DNA of 52,515 bases from a virus (taxonomy: Duplodnaviria > Heunggongvirae > Uroviricota > Caudoviricetes): IMG/VR virus record IMGVR_UViG_2724679237_000006, positions 1 to 52,515 of that record. One strand, given 5' to 3'. Shown piece after piece: positions 45,118 through 52,515 of the stretch. Each line of letters starts with the position of its first letter. Within the stretch, counting starts at the first letter, position 1. Position numbers and translations under genes: made by a program. The notes beneath the pieces were generated by a model that worked only from the letters and a program-made list of their open reading frames with translations, was not told the origin of the DNA and did not search any database.

Positions 45118-45354
45118 ATGACCGGGCAATCAGATTACCTGCCGCCCGGCTTACCACACAACCGCGCCAAATGGCCCCAGGAATACCAGCTTAAAGAGCA
45201 CTACGACATGCGAGCGGCGGCGCTGATCCGCCAGCTCTTTGATAAGCGTATTCCGAGGGGAAGCGTGATTGAGCAAATTGGTATGACGCCAGATACGTAC
45301 CGGGAATTTTTCAGAGAGCGTCTGAACTACTGGAGAGGGGTGATGGAGCAATGA
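45118..45354 (+). CDS. Hypothetical protein
   Basis: 78-aa ORF. Confidence 0.3.
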   Translation: MTGQSDYLPPGLPHNRAKWPQEYQLKEHYDMRAAALIRQLFDKRIPRGSVIEQIGMTPDTYREFFRERLNYWRGVMEQ

Positions 45355-45662
45355 AATACAAACGGTGGGTGCGTGCGGAAGTCGTAATCATCAAACAATG
45401 TGCGGGCAGCATGACAGTTGAACGTATAGGGCAGCTTATTGGCAGAACCGGTGCAGCGGTACGCACAAAAGCGCGCGAGCTGAAAATCTGTATGTATCTG
45501 CGGGGTAATTATCACCAGTCAGCAAAATACTGCCAGGAGGATATCGAGCTGGCAAGGGAATTACATCAGTCGGGTATTAATCGCCAGGATATCGCAGAAA
45601 AACTCGAAATGCCGATCGGAGCGGTGAATCAGTTTGTTTATTTTGAGCGGAGAATTTCATGA
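45351..45662 (+). CDS. Hypothetical protein
   Basis: 103-aa ORF. Confidence 0.3.
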   Translation: MKYKRWVRAEVVIIKQCAGSMTVERIGQLIGRTGAAVRTKARELKICMYLRGNYHQSAKYCQEDIELARELHQSGINRQDIAEKLEMPIGAVNQFVYFERRIS

Positions 45663-45883
45663 AAGAACTTTTTCTTGCATTTGTGCCCCGGTTTATTAAT
45701 GACCAGATCGCACTGACTGATAATGGTGAACAATATGAAATTGCCTGCAGCATGGTGGATGTGAATCCTGGCGAACGGTATGACGCGATGTGTGACCTGA
45801 AAATATTTACCTGGCTGGGTTGGGCTATTCCGTGTGGAGAACCAACCAATATTCGCTCGTTTGAGAGCAGGGAGGCTGTTTGA
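45659..45883 (+). CDS. Hypothetical protein
   Basis: 74-aa ORF. Confidence 0.3.
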   Translation: MKELFLAFVPRFINDQIALTDNGEQYEIACSMVDVNPGERYDAMCDLKIFTWLGWAIPCGEPTNIRSFESREAV

Positions 45884-46070
45884 GTGAATTGAAAATACGT
45901 CGCAAGGTAATAGCACGCGTTAAAAATCTATTACCAGTGCCTGTCAAATATCGTTTTTGTGGTGGGAATGTACGGATTGGTACGGATGTATGGTGATTGC
46001 GGAGTGACGTAAAACGAATCGTTGTGGGTGTAATATCGTCAATATCATTGGTTTCCCGGAGGGAAAGGAC

Positions 46071-46292
46071 ATGTTTGGCGATAAACTGGAGTTACCACGG
46101 AACGGGCGGATAGTGCTCTATATTTCAGATTACAAAGTAACCCGGGCTGAGGTGTTGGAACCGGAAAAACATCTGGTCACGTTACCGGACATTATTGAGT
46201 TGTATAAGCGGGTCGGATATGTGGACTTGCATCGCGATGATGTTCCCGTTGAGTGTATGGAATGTGAACACCGGAGGTTTGAAGTTGATTGA
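46071..46292 (+). CDS. Hypothetical protein
   Basis: 73-aa ORF. Confidence 0.3.
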   Translation: MFGDKLELPRNGRIVLYISDYKVTRAEVLEPEKHLVTLPDIIELYKRVGYVDLHRDDVPVECMECEHRRFEVD

Positions 46293-46516
46293 ATTGACTT
46301 AGAAAAAGTCCGGGGCTATAGTTTCCGCGCAGCCGCAAAATCGGTTGCCGGGATTGGCGTCCCGGATATCTAAGTGACGCATAGCCGCGTTAGCGGTTTT
46401 TTTATGTGTTAGGCACGGCCACATTCGCATTATGGTGGGCTGTGTGGGGGCTTCTGTGGAAGCGCCGGGTTCACTTAGCCGGTTACGCCAACCCTGCACA
46501 GCTCACCACCAGATGA

Positions 46517-47353
46517 TTGGCGTCGCTGGTGGTGATGAAAAAAACACTAAGTGAGGCCACTGCGATGACAGTCCAAATATCTGCGGAATCCCTTTCTCCG
46601 CTACATCATAACCAACTTCCCGTCATCACTACTGAATTGCTTGCCAGTTTGTATGGCACGGAAGTAAATGGTATCCAGCAAAACTTCAAGCGCAACATCG
46701 CCAGATTTGTCGTAGGAAAGCATTTTTTTAAGCTGGAAGGTAATGAATTACGCGACTTCAAAAACAGACTGACAGATAGTCAGTCAGTTGCTAAACATAC
46801 CCGATCCCTCATTCTCTGGACAGAACGCGGCGCAGCTCGCCATGCCAAAATGCTGGAAACAGAACAGGCCTGGGAAGTTTTCGAAAAGCTGGAAGATTGT
46901 TATTTTAGCCAGCGTCCAGAGAGGCGGAGTACAACTACCGATGACCGTACTCCCTTGCGTGATGCCGTTAATATACTGGTCGGCAAGAAAGGCATGATGT
47001 ATCCCGATGCCTACACCATGATTCATCAACGCTTCGCCGTCTCTCACATAGAACAACTGTCACAGACGCAAATGTTAGAGGCGATTGAATACATCCACTG
47101 CCTGCTACTCGATGAAAATCACCCAACCATTCCAGATTTTTCTTTTATCACCACTATCAAAAATGGAAAAGTGACCGGGATGCGCCATGTTGCCAAAGGC
47201 GAACATCTGATGACCTTTGACGCTTTCAAAGAGATCGCTGAGCGGGCAGGGTATCTGGTGATCCACAGCGACAATCTGCGAAGTATGACACTGGATAAAT
47301 TGATGGTAATGGGGAAAAAGTCGGCTATATCCGTTGCTAATTCAGCATTTTGA
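46517..47353 (+). CDS. Phage antirepressor (Bro-N/ORF6N-like N-terminus, KilA-C-like C-terminus)
   Basis: 278 aa; HNQLPVITTELLASLYG...FKRN..RFVVGKHFF resembles antirepressor N-domains; start codon uncertain. Confidence 0.6.
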   Translation: MASLVVMKKTLSEATAMTVQISAESLSPLHHNQLPVITTELLASLYGTEVNGIQQNFKRNIARFVVGKHFFKLEGNELRDFKNRLTDSQSVAKHTRSLILWTERGAARHAKMLETEQAWEVFEKLEDCYFSQRPERRSTTTDDRTPLRDAVNILVGKKGMMYPDAYTMIHQRFAVSHIEQLSQTQMLEAIEYIHCLLLDENHPTIPDFSFITTIKNGKVTGMRHVAKGEHLMTFDAFKEIAERAGYLVIHSDNLRSMTLDKLMVMGKKSAISVANSAF

Positions 47354-47720
47354 CAGGTTGTTTGGGGCGGAAATACTCTATTTGCGCTTAGGATACTTGT
47401 TAGCTACTTCCACTTTTGTCACAAAGCGGACTATCTGGCTGAGCTGAGGGTCCGCAGTGAGTGAGGATCGAACATTTAAGCGTCGGTACTGATGACGGAT
47501 TTGAGGTATTTAAAATATTACAGGAGCTAGTGTGGATGTGACAGACATAAAAGTGGATGCAGTCAGAAAAGACATATGTATAGCAGGCTTCTTCGAGGAC
47601 TAGATCAATCAATAAGATTTAGATAAAATTGCAGTGTTAAATAAAAAGACTAGTAGTATTTAAACTTTAAGTGCGTTAGTAAGGTCGTGCAATTATATAA
47701 AACTAACGTTTTCTGAATGT

Positions 47721-48428
47721 TTGGAGAGTAAAATGTTAGAACCGCCAAAGAATTATAATGAAATGTTACCCATGCTCCATAAGGCAACTTTTATTACTAC
47801 ATTTATATTTTACCTATCATTGGTTATTTATGGCTACATACCATTGGTTGGCATTAATGCCAAGTACATTCCACCAATCAAAGACTACGAAGAATTTATT
47901 AAGTGGATATTAACATTCGGCATATTACCAATTGCATTCTCAATTTTTTGGTCTGTGATTAGTGGGGCTTTAGATCTACATAATAACGTGGCAAAAATTC
48001 TTGGAATAAGAAAAGCATGGGATAATTACTTAATTGTTAAACCATTGGCGCAAGTTGCAGGCATTACAAGAAAATTAACTAGTGATGAATCCTCCAAAGT
48101 AATGAACAAACTGTATTACCCAGAAGTTAATGAGTTAAAAGATAAACATTATGTTGAGCTCTTCTGGAATAAGGTTTATTACTTTTGGGTTTTCTTTGAA
48201 CATACTGTGATTGCATTTATTACTGTTTTAGTAATAAGTTTTGCTAAAATAACCCATTTACTCTCTGTAACCGGTTCTTTAAAAAATCTTTGGTTGTGGG
48301 TTATTTTTATTGTTGTCTTTAATTTTCTTATTTTTATTGCATCCGTTAAACCCAGAACTGAAGGCCAAGTCAGACAAATACCTGATGATAAGATAAAGGA
48401 ATTTTTTAATAATAACAGTATTTTTTAA
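47721..48428 (+). CDS. Polytopic membrane protein (4 predicted TM helices), unknown function
   Basis: 235 aa, AT-rich; hydrophobic segments FITTFIFYLSLVIYGYIPLVGI, ILTFGILPIAFSIFWSVISGAL, YYFWVFFEHTVIAFITVLVISFA, LWLWVIFIVVFNFLIFIASV. Confidence 0.55.
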   Translation: MESKMLEPPKNYNEMLPMLHKATFITTFIFYLSLVIYGYIPLVGINAKYIPPIKDYEEFIKWILTFGILPIAFSIFWSVISGALDLHNNVAKILGIRKAWDNYLIVKPLAQVAGITRKLTSDESSKVMNKLYYPEVNELKDKHYVELFWNKVYYFWVFFEHTVIAFITVLVISFAKITHLLSVTGSLKNLWLWVIFIVVFNFLIFIASVKPRTEGQVRQIPDDKIKEFFNNNSIF

Positions 48429-49094
48429 ATGAGGTTAGTTTTGAATTACAAAATAAATGGAATGACTATACGTTCAGAAAATGCAGCAAAACCGCATACT
48501 ATGCCATCTAACTATCTCTGTAACCATATTGAAAATTCTGTTAAAAATGGCATAGCCCTTGATTTCGGATGTGGAAAGCTTAGATATTCAGAACAATTAG
48601 TAAATAAATTTGAAGCTGTGACGTTTTTAGATTCCAGAAAACAGTTAGAAAGAGTGCAAATTATCAGAGGCGTACAAACCACAATTCCAGAGTATGTGGC
48701 TAATAATTATAAAAATGCTAATGTTGTCCCTTTTGAAAGTATAGATAAAATAAAAGATAATTATGATTTCATACTTTGCGCAAACGTGCTTTCCGCAATT
48801 CCATGCAAATCAACAATTTACAAAATCATCAATGAGATTGGGAGATTATTAAAAAATGATGGTGAAGCAATTATTGTTAATCAATACAAAAGCTCTTATT
48901 TCAAAAAGTATGAGACTGGAATAAAACATTTGCATGGATATATATACCAAAACTCTCGCAATGCTTTCTATTATGGCTTATTGGATGAGAATATTGTAAG
49001 TAAAATTTGCTTGGATAACAATTTAGCAGTAATAAAGTCATGGAGCAAAGCTGGCAGTTCATATGTGGTTGTTGGTAAAAATAAACATAATTAG
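48429..49094 (+). CDS. Class I SAM-dependent methyltransferase-like protein
   Basis: 221 aa; motif I-like IALDFGCGKL, acidic residue after beta-2 (VTFLDS), motif IV-like DFILCANVL. ATG directly abuts the upstream stop (TAAATG). Confidence 0.5.
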   Translation: MRLVLNYKINGMTIRSENAAKPHTMPSNYLCNHIENSVKNGIALDFGCGKLRYSEQLVNKFEAVTFLDSRKQLERVQIIRGVQTTIPEYVANNYKNANVVPFESIDKIKDNYDFILCANVLSAIPCKSTIYKIINEIGRLLKNDGEAIIVNQYKSSYFKKYETGIKHLHGYIYQNSRNAFYYGLLDENIVSKICLDNNLAVIKSWSKAGSSYVVVGKNKHN

Positions 49095-49421
49095 TAAATT
49101 TAAAAATAATATTAGAGGGTGCCATTTTCTTATTACTTATTAACTCGCTGGGGTAGGGGCAACACGCCCCACCTCATCAAGTTACTGCAGGATTATAGAC
49201 TTTTGTCAAAACGTTGGAAAAATTCAGTACAAACTTTTCCATGTTTTTCCTAATCATAGATAATGATGCTCACTTATGTTAACAACTTCTTGTACATAAC
49301 GGTCTTCTTCAACAGGACAGCTATAAGTGAAGAAATAAAGTCGATAAACAATAAAGAGGCTCCAAATAAATATTATTCAATGAAGCCTGCTGTTTATTAT
49401 TTGTTATTATTAAATCGCTAC

Positions 49422-50321
49422 TTATAATTCAACAATTTTTAGTATTATATCAATATTATTTAGCCTTGCAATCTCTGATGAATCGTTTGCAATTTTATCT
49501 TTTAAATTATCAATGTTAATCATATCTTCAGAGCTAATACAAACCATATCACCTTGGTTAACTTTTGATTTGTTCACTATGGCTTGAATAACAGACAGAT
49601 CGTCCATTACACCTCTCAGGAATTTAACCATGCTTTGATCCTTGAAATCAGATATCGATTTTGAACGTTGCTTACGTTGGATTGTTCCTTTTGTAATTAT
49701 TTCGTTAATTTCTTTTAAACCGGCAAGCATATCAGATATGCTTCCTTCGCAACTCATCCTGTGTTTAATAGCATTGCGATTAATAACATTGAGTATTATT
49801 TCGAGTGAATCTCTATCATCCCATGGCAATAATAATGTATAATCCTGATGGCGATGAATGGCATCAAGCATATCAAGGATCATATTTTCATCTGCTTTAT
49901 CGCAAAGTTCATTTACAAAATAGCTGGGGTCGATTACTTTACAATAACTTGGAACTGAGCATTTTGAGCTTTTACAAAACCCAAAAATATATAAAAAAGG
50001 GTATATGTCTTTTAGACTCTTTCCTGATTTATTTTCTTTTTCAAAGGCTGCGATTGTTTTTTTAATTTTTGCCGGGGTTGCTTTCGTTGTAACTTGAACT
50101 GCTATCATGTTTTTATTGTCAGCTAAATCAATGGCGGGAAAGTTAACTTTAATCTGATTCATGTTTTCCAGTTCCCCCATTTTCAGTGCGCGAAACATAT
50201 AAATGGTCAATGACTCAATCATTCTTTCCATGTCATGAAAGCCAGTCTGTTTGCGTTGTTCGATATAAAGCTGAAGTAGCGCAATATCTTTCTGTAAGTT
50301 ACTAATAAGTGGGGCAATCAT
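49422..50321 (-). CDS. SMEK-domain-like protein (N-terminal domain), unknown function
   Basis: 299 aa; N-terminal region ...LENMNQIKVNFPAIDLADNKNMIAVQVTTKATPAKIKKT resembles the SMEK domain signature as recalled. Confidence 0.45.
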   Translation of the reverse strand: MIAPLISNLQKDIALLQLYIEQRKQTGFHDMERMIESLTIYMFRALKMGELENMNQIKVNFPAIDLADNKNMIAVQVTTKATPAKIKKTIAAFEKENKSGKSLKDIYPFLYIFGFCKSSKCSVPSYCKVIDPSYFVNELCDKADENMILDMLDAIHRHQDYTLLLPWDDRDSLEIILNVINRNAIKHRMSCEGSISDMLAGLKEINEIITKGTIQRKQRSKSISDFKDQSMVKFLRGVMDDLSVIQAIVNKSKVNQGDMVCISSEDMINIDNLKDKIANDSSEIARLNNIDIILKIVEL

Positions 50322-50854
50322 AGCTAATAATCCTTTTCAATTAAGTAGGGGATGTGTTTGAGCTTCTTTATTTGACTGTTAGTTTAATTTCTTGTTTTCA
50401 TATTAACAAGCTCTACAATTTTATCAAGATTTCTCAAAAACTAATCCTCCGTGTAAATCCACTAACTATGCTGAATTTATTCCGCTGTGAAACATGTCCG
50501 CTCATGGCTGTGAGTTCAACGGGTCGATGCAACGCCATCCACTCAGTAAAATTGTGTAATTCCAGTGAGCAGGCGAATCTTCAGTATGCTCTAGTTTCTT
50601 ACTCACACCTGCTTATGCTTTAACTAGGTACAATGTAGATAAACTCTCATGTTGATTTATCGCCATGATCACATTTCCGGAAGAAAAATTTTGTTTGTAA
50701 CCTTGCTAGATGAGACAGTATAGATATCATTACATATGAAACAGTACATTAGGGAACACTGAAGGCCGTAACTTTAAAAAATATAATTAATTGTACATAA
50801 TTTTATAACCATCAAGATGGTGGCAATTATATAAGTAATAATAAGGGTTGATTA

Positions 50855-52207
50855 ATGATTAAATTCACAGAAAAGGAAATACAAAATTACATATGGGAAA
50901 ATAGGAACAATTTTCCCGAACTGCTTATTGAACCTGCAGGTCTTGAAGTACTTGAATTCAACGAAGATCTCTCTGATGTAACAGCACAACTGCTAATAAA
51001 AAACAGAATAAATAGTAAACTATCCAATCTTCACTCTAAGCTTTATGGACTGGAATTTATCGGCTGCGAAGTTCCTTTAGAACAAAATTCAAACTCAACA
51101 ATTAGAGCCGATTTTTTGGCTATATTCTGTGATGATACTGGGCTTGCTGTCATAGAGCTTAAAAAAAGTGAACAGACTGAAAGGCAAGCATTCACTGAAT
51201 TGTTAGCATATTCAAACCATATGACAACATTATTTCCATCCATGACGAAAAATGACAGTGTGTATATTTTAATATCACCAATGGAAACCAGAATAGCACG
51301 TGATGCTGTCATCCAAAGTTTAATATTTGACAATAGGGATATCATTGCTTTAATTCCAACATTCTCTGATCCTCTTGATATTACCTCTCTTAAACTTGAA
51401 TTATGGATTCCAGACCAAACAGAGTTAGCGACTTTCTCAAATATTGCATTTAGAGAAGATAATTTTAGTGTCTGTAAATTATCCTGGGAGTATGATGCAG
51501 AGCGATGGGATGCAGCTAGAGGAGAAGAACTTTTACATTCATTTGTTAGTCAATTTGATAACATTTCCTGCCTTGCAGCTCAGTATATGGAAGAATCTGG
51601 AGTTCATGGTTTTACTTATTGCTCTCAGTTATGGCCTGAATTATCTCAGGCATTACCTTTTACGAATTCATTAGTACTAGTTGGCATGAATCCTTATGCT
51701 GTCGGGAGTGTCCAGCATTTATCCACAGAATGCGATAACTATGATGATATACCAGACCCAAATGCTTACACTCCTCACATATCTGAATTAATTGGTAAAC
51801 TAGGTGAAGGAGAATTATATGAGGATAATATTGATGTCCTAAGTGGTTTACATCGTGTATGGAGCTCTCAGTTATATCGTATAGGTAAGCAGGTAATTGA
51901 ACTCACCACTAGAAATACAGATGGGAAATACGTCCACGTTGAATATGGCTTTATGAATTGGGAAATCTATCAAAGGTCACTACTTGAGGATGTTTTCTGT
52001 GAAAACTTCGCTATTAGGTCTACAGGTTTAATACGACATCTCTATACTGACATTCTTAAATTAGATTATGATTTTTGTAAAAATAACGGATTAGAAAATC
52101 ACCCTATTCATGGAGACATGCCATACTTAGGTGTCAATTTTCTTAAATCCCAACAGCACTTTAGAAAATTTATTTTGCGAATGTTCTATGCCGAAATAGA
52201 TGCGTAG
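50855..52207 (+). CDS. PD-(D/E)xK nuclease-like protein, unknown function
   Basis: 450 aa; N-terminal region has a D...E.K arrangement (IRADFLAIF...GLAVIELKKSEQTE) typical of the PD-(D/E)xK fold. Confidence 0.45.
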   Translation: MIKFTEKEIQNYIWENRNNFPELLIEPAGLEVLEFNEDLSDVTAQLLIKNRINSKLSNLHSKLYGLEFIGCEVPLEQNSNSTIRADFLAIFCDDTGLAVIELKKSEQTERQAFTELLAYSNHMTTLFPSMTKNDSVYILISPMETRIARDAVIQSLIFDNRDIIALIPTFSDPLDITSLKLELWIPDQTELATFSNIAFREDNFSVCKLSWEYDAERWDAARGEELLHSFVSQFDNISCLAAQYMEESGVHGFTYCSQLWPELSQALPFTNSLVLVGMNPYAVGSVQHLSTECDNYDDIPDPNAYTPHISELIGKLGEGELYEDNIDVLSGLHRVWSSQLYRIGKQVIELTTRNTDGKYVHVEYGFMNWEIYQRSLLEDVFCENFAIRSTGLIRHLYTDILKLDYDFCKNNGLENHPIHGDMPYLGVNFLKSQQHFRKFILRMFYAEIDA

Positions 52208-52515
52208 TGAGATTTTTTGATTTATCTCTGCTGGAGAAAATTCATGGGTGAGGGAAGAGATAGATAATATTGAAAATAAAACTTTCAAAAGATGTTGAAA
52301 TAAAAAGCATGATCTAAATTATTTTGGCATTCATTTCATGTGAAACAGCTCTTCTAAAAATCTATACAGGCATAGGTGGAATTTTCTCATGATTTTTTAG
52401 TTGTAATTTATCTTTACTGAATAATATATGGGGAGGATTGTCGCCGTAAGCGGCTCGTCAGAACCGTATTGATATTTACTGAGAGCTCAGATCAACTTTC
52501 CAGGGCAACAGATCG

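Noticed and set aside
34589-47353. Classifying the second element as a satellite (PICI/P4-like) rather than a lambdoid prophage
   Set aside because: It carries a Sak-type recombinase, a CI/Cro immunity region and a DnaB helicase like lambdoid phages, but the window ends before any morphogenesis or lysis genes, so neither a complete phage nor a satellite identity can be supported.
50354-50623. ORF 50354-50623 (89 aa) as a gene
   Set aside because: Short ORF in an AT-rich intergenic region with no recognisable features; possibly real but unsupported.
1-52515. CRISPR array
   Set aside because: No run of regularly spaced short direct repeats with unique spacers was seen; the repeats present are protein-coding tandem repeats (tail fibre) or iteron/palindrome motifs.

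Overview
The window holds two adjacent integrated mobile elements and an AT-rich cargo island. (1) About 1.28-34.46 kb is a P2-like (peduovirus-type) prophage with a near-complete gene set: ogr, D, FI-FII-E/E'-T-U, tail fibre H plus assembly protein, baseplate I-J-W-V, tail completion S/R, a lysis cassette, L-M-N-O, terminase P, portal Q, replication gene A, a C-like repressor and a P2-type integrase, ending at a 55-nt 3' fragment of a tRNA-Leu gene (attachment core). It departs from the P2 layout I recall in four ways: a Hin/Gin/Pin-family serine invertase beside an invertible tail-fibre segment; the FI-U block on the opposite strand to all other late genes; a ParM/ParR/parC plasmid-partition cassette where P2 carries tin/old; and an intact hok/mok-type toxin locus plus a decayed copy beyond ogr. 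(2) From about 34.5 kb a lambdoid-type element starts: integrase, excisionase-like gene, Gp157-like and Rad52/Sak-like recombination genes, CI-like repressor and Cro-like gene flanking an operator/promoter region, YdaT-like gene, O-like replication protein, DnaB-type helicase and a Bro-N/KilA-C antirepressor. (3) The last 5 kb (47.4-52.5 kb) is markedly AT-rich and encodes a translationally coupled 4-TM membrane protein plus SAM-methyltransferase-like pair, a SMEK-domain-like protein and a PD-(D/E)xK nuclease-like protein; this is my best candidate for an undescribed anti-phage or cargo system. All calls rest on reading the six-frame translations and the nucleotide sequence from memory of protein families; no database search was run.
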